Of a stretch of DNA of 64,000 bases, positions 56,404 to 64,000 are shown piece after piece. The notes beneath the pieces were generated by a model, which did no database searches, had not been told where the DNA came from, and saw nothing but the letters and a program-made list of their open reading frames with translations. Each line of letters starts with the position of its first letter. Position 1 is the first letter of the stretch. The DNA is from an uncultured Clostridia bacterium (GTDB lineage: Bacteria; Bacillota; Clostridia; UBA1381): the NCBI GenBank assembly GCA_965151315.1, contig CBCTZG010000002.1, positions 25,817 to 89,816 of the forward strand, read 5' to 3'. The position numbers were made by a program, and so were the translations under genes.

Positions 56404-59334
56404 ATGAAAAAGTTAGTATCGCTTTTCCTGGCTTTGGGAATCTTGCTTGGCGGAATGCCAATAATCCAGGCTGGTGCGGTGGAAGACGTACCGAACCAGA
56501 AGGCTATAGACCTTGTCACCGGATTAGGGCTGATGACGGCGGATGAGGAAGAAGGCTTCCAGCCAGACAGTACCGTTGCCCGTTCGGAAATGGCTATAAT
56601 TATTGAGCGGATTTACCGCTTTGACGAAGAAAAGGCAGAGGATATTTGGGAATTTTATGGAACCACTGAAAATGTATTGCTGACCCCAGAGGAGGGAGGA
56701 CAGGCATCTGTTTTTGCGGATGTAACCCCCGGGAATCCAGCTTATAACGCCATTGCATTTGCAGCAATGCAGGGAATCATGGTGGGTACCGGACCGGATC
56801 GATTTGAACCAGAACGGGAATTGACGAACCAGGAGGCACTGAACGTATTGGTCAATCTGTTGGGCTATAAAGTCCAGGCGCAGATGCAGGGTGGTTATCC
56901 GAATGGATATCTGCAGACAGCTGCACAGATTGGGCTCGTAACAGGCAGCCCAGAAGAGCCCATTATAAAAGGAAAGCTGGCGGCCTTGCTTGCCAAAACG
57001 CTGGATAGTGACCTGATGCAGACATCTATTGTCAACGGCGGGATTCACTATGCGGTGGCACAGGACTGCACTGTGCTGTCAGAAATCATGGGGATTACGA
57101 ATATTACCGGACAAATCAAACAAAACGGTGTGACTTCACTGACTGGGGAAAGCGATCTTGCGCCGGAAGGGCTGCAGGTGGAAAACACCCGGCTGCTGAC
57201 TACCACGCAGACAGCTTACGCGGCGGAATGGATCGGCCGGAATGTGGACTGCTACTATAAATCCCAGAACACGGAGGACGAATACACTGTGGTGTATTGC
57301 GCACTGTCGGAGAAGGACACGAGCGTGACATTTCCCATAGGTGATTTTGTTTCTTATGACGGAACAAAAATTATCTATGAAACAGAAACAAAAAATGTAT
57401 CGAAACCAATTCTAAACGGAGCATATGTGATTTACAACGGATTAGCTGCGGGCGAACTGCCATCTGCATATTTTGATTATGAAGATGGTACCGTAACGCT
57501 GGTTGCTTCGGATAATGGGGCACAGTATGATATTGTGATCATTAACGGTTATGAAAACTGGTATGTCAGCAGTGTTGACACTACCGATGCGGATAGTGTA
57601 ATTCTGACCAATAAAATTAAAGATTCCCGGCCGGATACAGACGACGTGCAGTTGGCGCTTCCGTATGAGGATTTTGGAAAAACAATATCGATTGTGGATA
57701 AAAACGGCGCGGCAATGGAATTGGATCAGTTGACACCCAATATGGCGGTAGATGTATCCAGAAATGGAAATGTGATCCGGCTTCGGGTTTCTGAAGACCG
57801 AATCAGTGACTTTAAGATTCAGTCTATTGACACCGAAGAGGGGATCCTTTCCGACGGCGAGCTGGAATATGAACTATCCCAGGCTTTTCTGGACTGCACA
57901 GAACGGGAGCAATACCAGGTGGGGCAGGCCTATACGCTGTGTTTAAACAGCTTCGACCGGATTGTCTGGATGGAAGGCGCCGGGACAGACGATTCTGTAC
58001 GGTTTGGCTATGTGATGAATTTTAAGAATTATGAAGAAGAAGAAAAAATTGTAGCAAAAATCTGTACAGCAGACAAGACATTCCAGAATTTTTATTTGGC
58101 AGATAAAATCAAGCTCAGCGATAACCGTGGGAATGACAACAAGCGTGTAGAAGCGTTGAATGTTTTCGGGATTCTACAGGAGTTTGACAACAGTGTAATC
58201 CGATATAAACTGAACAGTGAGGATGTAATTACAGAAATTGAATTGCCGCTGGATCCGGATGTGAAGACAAATAAGCTTGATCGGCTGTATACCATGGTGA
58301 TCAGTGACGAATCCAATAAGGCCGATTATTCTTATTCCCAGAACCAGTACACGTTTGGTGCAAAGGTTTTCATCAGCGCTGCGGGAACACAGGTTTTGAG
58401 CGTACCGGCTGACATAACAGATCAGTCCAAATACAGGTTTATCAGTCCGGACGATATTACCAACGGCGAATGGAGCTTTAAAGCTTATGGCACCAACAAG
58501 CGGTCTGTTTTGGCAAAATTCCTCTGCCTGTCCGGTTCAGTATCCACAGCGCTCGGAGACCAGAATTATCCGGTGGTTGTTACAGATGTCGATATGCTGT
58601 TGGATGAGAATGATGAAATTGTAACGAAGATTTCGATTTTCCGGCAGGGGAAGGACGAGGTCATCTATGACAGCGCGGAAAACGATTTTGTGCATAAAGC
58701 GCTGCCTCGGACTTTGAACCAAAACACTGCTGCAGAAGATGATTATCTAACGATTTCCCCGGGAGATATAATCCGGGTAGCTACGGATTCCAGCGGGTAT
58801 ATCAGCTTTGTGGAAATGCTGTTTGACGCCGATGCCGTATATGACAATTCCAAGTATTCCGATTATTTTGCAGGAAGAGACTCCTTTGACGAAGAGTTTA
58901 CTTGGGAGCAGACCGGTATGCTGGCCGGAACTGTTGGATATTACGCCAATGATATTCAGAATACCAATCCATTGGCATCTCAGTTTGTAGGCGTAACCTC
59001 CAGCAATCTTGCCAACCGATTTGATTACGGTGTGCCCCGGTTTATTCTGGGCTATGTTTACGATATGCAGGATGGCTATATCACCTATACAACCCAGAAT
59101 ATTATGGAGTCCAGTTATGATCCGAACAACAGCAAGTTTGTTACAGAAAGCCGGAATATGGACTTTGTAACTACGTTGGTTGACCTGAGCGGTAAAAAGG
59201 TTACCGCTAGAACGGGAACGGCCAATGATATCCGTACCTATCAGGATTTCCCCAAAAGCTGCTCCAGGGTTTTAGTGATGACAGCTTCCGCGGATAAACG
59301 GTTTATGTTTATTATTAACGGAGAAATCAAGTAA
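56404..59334 (+). CDS. SLH-domain surface protein (ORF F, 976 aa): N-terminal SLH triplet plus ~750 aa of beta-rich sequence of unknown function
   Basis: GGGAGG RBS. Signal peptide 'MKKLVSLFLALGILLGGMPIIQAGA'. SLH-like 'FADVTPGNPAYNAIAFAAMQGIMVGTGPDRFEPERELTNQEA'. I recognise nothing in the remainder. Confidence 0.75.
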   Translation: MKKLVSLFLALGILLGGMPIIQAGAVEDVPNQKAIDLVTGLGLMTADEEEGFQPDSTVARSEMAIIIERIYRFDEEKAEDIWEFYGTTENVLLTPEEGGQASVFADVTPGNPAYNAIAFAAMQGIMVGTGPDRFEPERELTNQEALNVLVNLLGYKVQAQMQGGYPNGYLQTAAQIGLVTGSPEEPIIKGKLAALLAKTLDSDLMQTSIVNGGIHYAVAQDCTVLSEIMGITNITGQIKQNGVTSLTGESDLAPEGLQVENTRLLTTTQTAYAAEWIGRNVDCYYKSQNTEDEYTVVYCALSEKDTSVTFPIGDFVSYDGTKIIYETETKNVSKPILNGAYVIYNGLAAGELPSAYFDYEDGTVTLVASDNGAQYDIVIINGYENWYVSSVDTTDADSVILTNKIKDSRPDTDDVQLALPYEDFGKTISIVDKNGAAMELDQLTPNMAVDVSRNGNVIRLRVSEDRISDFKIQSIDTEEGILSDGELEYELSQAFLDCTEREQYQVGQAYTLCLNSFDRIVWMEGAGTDDSVRFGYVMNFKNYEEEEKIVAKICTADKTFQNFYLADKIKLSDNRGNDNKRVEALNVFGILQEFDNSVIRYKLNSEDVITEIELPLDPDVKTNKLDRLYTMVISDESNKADYSYSQNQYTFGAKVFISAAGTQVLSVPADITDQSKYRFISPDDITNGEWSFKAYGTNKRSVLAKFLCLSGSVSTALGDQNYPVVVTDVDMLLDENDEIVTKISIFRQGKDEVIYDSAENDFVHKALPRTLNQNTAAEDDYLTISPGDIIRVATDSSGYISFVEMLFDADAVYDNSKYSDYFAGRDSFDEEFTWEQTGMLAGTVGYYANDIQNTNPLASQFVGVTSSNLANRFDYGVPRFILGYVYDMQDGYITYTTQNIMESSYDPNNSKFVTESRNMDFVTTLVDLSGKKVTARTGTANDIRTYQDFPKSCSRVLVMTASADKRFMFIINGEIK
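56485..56950 (+). other. SLH repeat region at the N-terminus of ORF F
   Basis: There are three degenerate SLH-like units. The second is the clearest. The first and third, 'GFQPDSTVARSEMAIII' and 'GGYPNGYLQTAAQIGLVTG', are weaker. Confidence 0.65.
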
Positions 59335-59361
59335 ACAAAAGGTTTGTGCCTGATGTGAGAT

Positions 59362-59404
59362 AAAAAGCCTCCTATGGTAAAGTGATAACATAGGAGGTTT
59401 TTTT
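59362..59404 (+). terminator. Rho-independent terminator ending the ~20-kb plus-strand gene string
   Basis: Stem CCTCCTATG / CATAGGAGG (59368-59376 / 59389-59397), flanked by an A-run and T7. This is the first convincing terminator downstream of 39055. Confidence 0.8.
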
Positions 59405-59483
59405 ATAAAAATTAATAAAAGAGGTAGATTTTTAAATCCTATTATGGTAAAATAAAACAAAAAATGAAGGTGGGATTTTGCAT

Positions 59484-60806
59484 ATGCATGAATATTTTAA
59501 AACAGTACCAAAAATCCAATACGAAGGGGCGGCGTCGAAGAACCCCTTTAGCTTCAAGCACTACAACCCAGAGCAGATTGTTGCCGGCAAGCCCATGCGG
59601 GAGCAGCTGAAATTTGCCATGAGTTATTGGCATACCCTTTGCGGCGATGGGACAGACATGTTTGGCCGGGGGACGATGGATAAGACCTTCGGCGGGAAAA
59701 CACCTATGGAAATTTATGAAAATAAGGCGTATGCCGCCTTTGAGCTGATGGATAAGTTGCAGATTGAATATTTCTGCTTCCACGATCGGGATATTGCCCC
59801 GGAAGGGGAGACTTTGGCGGAATGCAACGCCAACCTGGATAAAATCGTGCCGCTATTAAAAGAGCTGATGGGAAAATACAACAAAAAGCTTTTGTGGGGG
59901 ACTGCCAACTGCTTTAATAACCCACGGTATGTGCATGGCGCAGGAACTGCCTGCAGCGCGGATGTGTTCGCTTATGCCGGTGCGCAGATCAAAAAAGCCA
60001 TTGAGACTACAGTCGCCCTGGGCGGCCAGGGGTATGTGTTCTGGGGCGGCCGGGAAGGCTATGAGACCCTTTTGAATACAGATATGGGCCTGGAGCTGGA
60101 TAATATGGCCCGGCTTTTGCAGATGGCGGTGGATTATGCCCGGAAGATCGGCTTTACTGGGGATTTCTATATTGAACCAAAGCCGAAAGAGCCCACGAAG
60201 CATCAATATGACTTTGATGTGTCTACAGTGCTGGGATTCCTGCGTAAATATGGTCTGGACAAGGATTTCAAAATGAATATTGAGGCCAACCATGCCACAT
60301 TAGCGGCCCATACATTCCAGCACGAGCTGCGGGTAGCCCGAATAAACGGCGCGTTTGGTTCCATTGACGCAAACCAGGGCGACATGCTCCTGGGCTGGGA
60401 TACGGACCAATTCCCGACCAATATTTACGATACATCGCTGTGTATGTATGAGGTATTCAAGGCCGGCGGCTTTACCAATGGCGGCCTGAACTTTGATGCC
60501 AAGGTCCGCAGGGGATCCATGACGGACGAGGATATTTTCCTGGCCTATATTGCCGGTATGGACGCGTTTGCCCTGGGGTTAAAGGTGGCGGATAAGCTGA
60601 TCCAGGACGGCCGGATTGACGAATTTGTACGGAATCGATACGCAAGCTTTTCTGCGGGTATTGGCGCGAAGATCCAGGCGGGCAGCGTCAGCCTGGAAGA
60701 GCTGGAGCAGTATGTGCTGGAAAAAGGTGATGTTCAGGAGCAGGGCAGCGGAAAGCAGGAATATCTGGAATCTGTCATCAATGAGATTATGTTCGCGGGG
60801 GTATGA
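59484..60806 (+). CDS. xylA: Xylose isomerase
   Basis: '[12 protein letters not shown]', 'FCFHDRD', 'WGGREGY', '[18 protein letters not shown]', '[18 protein letters not shown]' and 'GSIDANQGD'. The start is the ATG at 59484, after GAAGGTGGG. Confidence 0.95.
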   Translation: MHEYFKTVPKIQYEGAASKNPFSFKHYNPEQIVAGKPMREQLKFAMSYWHTLCGDGTDMFGRGTMDKTFGGKTPMEIYENKAYAAFELMDKLQIEYFCFHDRDIAPEGETLAECNANLDKIVPLLKELMGKYNKKLLWGTANCFNNPRYVHGAGTACSADVFAYAGAQIKKAIETTVALGGQGYVFWGGREGYETLLNTDMGLELDNMARLLQMAVDYARKIGFTGDFYIEPKPKEPTKHQYDFDVSTVLGFLRKYGLDKDFKMNIEANHATLAAHTFQHELRVARINGAFGSIDANQGDMLLGWDTDQFPTNIYDTSLCMYEVFKAGGFTNGGLNFDAKVRRGSMTDEDIFLAYIAGMDAFALGLKVADKLIQDGRIDEFVRNRYASFSAGIGAKIQAGSVSLEELEQYVLEKGDVQEQGSGKQEYLESVINEIMFAGV

Positions 60807-62701
60807 TTATGGATTATGAATCGCTATATCGGCAGCGGGCCAAGGATCTGGTAGGGAAAATGACCCTGGCGGAAAAATTGGCCCAAATGCGCTATGACGC
60901 ACCGGCGATACCTAGGTTGGGTGTGCCCGCGTACAACTGGTGGAACGAGTGTCTCCATGGCGTGGCCCGTTCCGGCTGCGCCACCGTTTTCCCCCAGGCC
61001 ATCGGCATGGCAGCCAGCTTTGACGAGGAACTTTTGGAAACGGTTGCCAGCGCGATCTCGGATGAGGCGCGGGCAAAATACAACGCCTACCGGGAATTCG
61101 GCGATACCCAAATTTATCAGGGCTTGACTATGTGGTCCCCCAATATCAATATTTTCCGGGATCCTAGGTGGGGCCGGGGCCATGAAACCTATGGGGAAGA
61201 TCCGTATCTCACCGGCCGGATGGGCACGGCTTTTGTTAAGGGCCTGCAGGGATATGATGAAAAGTACAGAAAGGTGGACGCCACCCTGAAGCATTATGCC
61301 GTGCACAGCGGCCCGGAAAGCGACCGGCACAGCTTTGACGCCCAGGTTTCAGACAAGGATTTGTACGAGACCTATCTCTGGGCATTCCGGTACTGTATTG
61401 AAAATGCCAATCCGTCGGCGGTAATGGGGGCGTATAACCGGATTAACGGGGAAGCGGCCTGTGCCAGCCCCACCTATTTAAAAAAGGTGCTATATGAGGA
61501 TTTTGGCTTTGATGGTTATGTGGTTTCTGACTGCGGTGCGATCTGTGACATCAATGCGCACCATAAGCTGACCCAAACGCCGGCAGAAAGCGCGGCATTA
61601 GCTGTGAACAACGGCTGCCAGCTGAACTGCGGTGACGCGTACAAATTCTTAAAAACCGCAGTGGCCATGGGGCTTTTGGATGAGGATACGGTGACCGAGG
61701 CGGTAGAACGGCTGTTTACAGCACGGTTCCGGTTGGGCATGTTTGACGATGACTGCCCCTATGATCAGATTTCTCTGGATGTAGTCGAATGCGATGCGCA
61801 CAGAACGCTTAATCGGAAAATGGCCCGGGAGAGTATTGTTCTTTTGAAAAATGACGGGATCTTACCGCTGAAAAAAGGCAGTAAAATTGCAATGATCGGC
61901 CCCAATGCGGATGACAAGTCCATTTTGCTGGCAAATTATAACGGAACACCCTCCGAATACTGTACGCTTTTGCGGGGCGTCCAAGAATACAATGGCGGTA
62001 ATGTGCGCTACGCTTATGGCTGCCATATTGCCCGGGAGGAAATCGGCGCCTGGGAGGAGCACCCGGCCCGAGAGGCTCTGGTCGCTGCGCGAAACGCGGA
62101 CGTGGTCATTTTATGCATGGGCCTGCAGCCTTGCTTAGAGGGGGAAGAAGGAGACGCGTATAACGGCGACATCAGCGGCGACAAAAAAGACCTGGAGCTG
62201 CCTGCCCCCCAGAAGAAGCTGTACGGCGAGATTATGCAGCTTGGCAAGCCGGTGATTTTTGTAAACGTCAGCGGCAGCTGCGTGAATCTTTGGGAGCAGG
62301 ATCAGCAGTGCAGCGCTGTTTTGCAGTGCTTCTATCCCGGGGCGGAAGGCGGCCGGGCGCTGGCGGAAATCTTATTTGGGGAATACAGTCCCAGCGGCCG
62401 TCTGCCGGTTACATTTTATCGGTCAGCCGACGATCTTCCGGATTTTAAGGATTATTCCATGGAAAACCGGACCTATAAGTTTTTCAAGGGACCGGTGGTG
62501 TACCCCTTTGGCCATGGCCTGACCTACGGCGATGTAGAGGAGCGCTGGATTGATGAAAAGACAGCCGAGCTTACCAACCGGGGCGGTATGGATACGGATT
62601 ATACGGTTCTGCGGTTTGAGTATATTCCGCATAAAAGCCTATGCGGTTTTCAGCGGGTACACATTCGGACTGGAGAAACGATCCGGGTAGAATTCCCATA
62701 A
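60803..62701 (+). CDS. GH3-family glycoside hydrolase (beta-xylosidase/beta-glucosidase type)
   Basis: '[10 protein letters not shown]', '[19 protein letters not shown]', 'KHYAVHSG' and '[10 protein letters not shown]' (nucleophile region). The ATGA overlaps the xylA stop. Confidence 0.85.
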   Translation: MIMDYESLYRQRAKDLVGKMTLAEKLAQMRYDAPAIPRLGVPAYNWWNECLHGVARSGCATVFPQAIGMAASFDEELLETVASAISDEARAKYNAYREFGDTQIYQGLTMWSPNINIFRDPRWGRGHETYGEDPYLTGRMGTAFVKGLQGYDEKYRKVDATLKHYAVHSGPESDRHSFDAQVSDKDLYETYLWAFRYCIENANPSAVMGAYNRINGEAACASPTYLKKVLYEDFGFDGYVVSDCGAICDINAHHKLTQTPAESAALAVNNGCQLNCGDAYKFLKTAVAMGLLDEDTVTEAVERLFTARFRLGMFDDDCPYDQISLDVVECDAHRTLNRKMARESIVLLKNDGILPLKKGSKIAMIGPNADDKSILLANYNGTPSEYCTLLRGVQEYNGGNVRYAYGCHIAREEIGAWEEHPAREALVAARNADVVILCMGLQPCLEGEEGDAYNGDISGDKKDLELPAPQKKLYGEIMQLGKPVIFVNVSGSCVNLWEQDQQCSAVLQCFYPGAEGGRALAEILFGEYSPSGRLPVTFYRSADDLPDFKDYSMENRTYKFFKGPVVYPFGHGLTYGDVEERWIDEKTAELTNRGGMDTDYTVLRFEYIPHKSLCGFQRVHIRTGETIRVEFP

Positions 62702-62710
62702 AAGAGAATC

Positions 62711-62745
62711 AAAAAAAGATCCGCAATATCTGCGGATCTTTTTTT
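62711..62745. terminator. Bidirectional terminator between the GH3 and GH78 genes
   Basis: A7, then GATCCGCA / TGCGGATC, then T7. Confidence 0.8.
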
Positions 62746-62747
62746 GA

Positions 62748-64000
62748 TTATTTTGTTGTGTAAAACGTATATTTGCCGGAATCGACAGTATGCGTCTGGC
62801 CGTCAGGCAGGGTAACGATGACGGACGTGCCCTGGGGGACGGTAATTTCATATACGACATAGCCGTCTTTATAGTACCAGTTGCTGGATACATCGCCGTA
62901 AGCCGTATTAATCCTTGCGTTTAAATACCCAAGCCGCTGGTCAGGCTTTGGGGCGATGCTGATTTTTTGATATCCCGGCGCTTCAGCCAAGGGGGTGATC
63001 CCTGCCGCGACGCCGAAGATCCAGTCGCAGACGGCGCCGTAAGCGTAATGGTTAAACGAGTTCATATCCGCGCTCCACAATTCCCCGTCCTCGTTTACAC
63101 CATCCCAGTGTTCCCAGATTGTGGTGGCGCCTTGGTTGACCGAATACAGCCAGGATGGGAAGGCTTCCTGCAAAAGCAAGTCATAAGCAAGGGTTGTATA
63201 TCCGTTCCCCGAAAGGGCATGGAGGAGATACGGCGTACCGATAAAGCCAGTGGTGAGCCGTTTGCCGTTTGCCTCCACCATTTCGGCTAACAGCTTGGCA
63301 AGCTCCGCCCGGTTTTCGCTGATGCCAAAATGCAGAAGGAGTACACAGGCAGTCTGGGTTTGGATTTTGGGAATCCCATTGTCTGTAAAGGCTTCTAAAA
63401 TCGCAGCCTTGATTTGGGGCAAACGTTTTTGATATTGCGTCATATCATAGCCTAAAACCAGGCCGGCCTGAACAAGCAGGCTGGTGGAGTAGTAATAATA
63501 GCAGGAAGCGATCAGCTCTGGGTCTGTAGCGCCTATATAGGCTCCGGGTTCTGCGTCCAAGGCGACCCAGTCCCCATAGGGCTGCTTGCCCAGCCAGAGG
63601 TACTCGCCGCCCGGCGCGGCACAGAGATAGTCCACCCATTTACGCATGGAGGGGAACTGTGCCTTTAAAATATCCGCGTCGCCATAAGCCAAGTACAGCT
63701 CCCAGGGGCAGATTACACAGGCGTCGCCCCAGCCTGCCGCGCCGTCGTGGCGGACGCCGGGTGTGGCTACCGGGACCCAATGGGGAATGGCCCCGTCGGC
63801 GTATTGCTCCAGGGCAAGGTCCGTCAGCCATTTTGTAAAGAATTTTTTTACATCAAAATTGATCGCCGCAGTCCGGCAGAAAATTTCTGCGTCGCCGGTC
63901 CAGCCCAAACGTTCGTCGCGCTGGGGGCAGTCGGTGGGCACGTCCACAAAATTACTGCGCTGGCCCCAGAGGATATTATGATAAAGCTGGTTGATTTTCA
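62748..64000 (-). CDS. GH78 alpha-L-rhamnosidase, C-terminal part (the gene continues beyond the window end)
   Basis: 'PTDCPQRDERLGWTGDAEIF' is the GH78 catalytic-domain hallmark. The frame stays open to nt 64000 (...KINQLYHNILWGQRSNFVDVPTDC), so the GTG at 63947 is not the true start. Confidence 0.85.
   Translation of the reverse strand, partial: KINQLYHNILWGQRSNFVDVPTDCPQRDERLGWTGDAEIFCRTAAINFDVKKFFTKWLTDLALEQYADGAIPHWVPVATPGVRHDGAAGWGDACVICPWELYLAYGDADILKAQFPSMRKWVDYLCAAPGGEYLWLGKQPYGDWVALDAEPGAYIGATDPELIASCYYYYSTSLLVQAGLVLGYDMTQYQKRLPQIKAAILEAFTDNGIPKIQTQTACVLLLHFGISENRAELAKLLAEMVEANGKRLTTGFIGTPYLLHALSGNGYTTLAYDLLLQEAFPSWLYSVNQGATTIWEHWDGVNEDGELWSADMNSFNHYAYGAVCDWIFGVAAGITPLAEAPGYQKISIAPKPDQRLGYLNARINTAYGDVSSNWYYKDGYVVYEITVPQGTSVIVTLPDGQTHTVDSGKYTFYTTK

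Noticed and set aside
42456-59334. The idea that the locus is a cellulosome-like (cohesin/dockerin) or sortase-dependent (LPXTG) system.
   Set aside because: I found no paired calcium-binding dockerin repeats (D.N.DG....D) and no LPxTG followed by a hydrophobic and basic tail in any of the six proteins. The only classical anchors are SLH repeats.
59405-59483. A possible xylA promoter or operator (TAGATT, 17-nt spacer, TAAAAT with an upstream TG) and a cre-like site.
   Set aside because: The -35 box is poor, and I see no palindromic XylR-type operator or TGWAANCGNTNWCA-like cre. It is too weak to report as a feature.
1-64000. A scan for rRNA, tRNA, CRISPR arrays, transposases, integrases, phage genes, reverse transcriptases and toxin-antitoxin or defence-like gene pairs.
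   Set aside because: Every intergenic region is under 250 nt. None shows tRNA-like T-arm sequences or regularly spaced direct repeats. No ORF has DDE, tyrosine or serine recombinase, RT or nuclease-defence motifs that I can recognise.

Overview
This is a dense, almost fully coding 64-kb chromosomal window from a Firmicutes/Clostridia-type genome. That assignment rests only on gene order and protein motifs, because no searches were possible.

Nt 1-34,300 is mostly housekeeping. It carries the division-cluster tail ylmE(yggS)-sepF-ylmH-divIVA-ileS, then aroB, lspA, rluD, ddl, murI, an S41 protease, ppa, murD, three tandem M42 peptidases, recD2, argS and a DAHP synthase. Small accessory genes are interspersed: an XRE/membrane pair, an L,D-transpeptidase, DUF1848, GH116, an AraC regulator, a nitroreductase, GrpB and a GNAT.

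Nt 34,567-59,334 is an accessory glycan locus. A minus-strand operon (YesN-like response regulator, YesM-like kinase, GH29 fucosidase) diverges from a roughly 20-kb plus-strand string with gaps of 44 nt or less. That string holds LplB/LplC-like permeases, an LplA-like lipoprotein binding protein, and six signal-peptide proteins totalling about 5,600 aa. Two of the six are paralogous giant beta-helix proteins. Two carry SLH triplets, and one of those is split by a 1-nt frameshift. Two are large proteins with no catalytic motif I can recognise. These proteins share several modules that I cannot name.

This locus is my best candidate for an undescribed system: an SLH-tethered surface glycan capture and depolymerisation apparatus that feeds a dedicated importer. 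It is flanked by xylA, a GH3 and a GH78 rhamnosidase.

I saw no rRNA, tRNA, CRISPR array, transposase, integrase or phage gene. Promoters and terminators are called by eye from consensus and hairpins only. All family names are motif-based recollection, not database hits.
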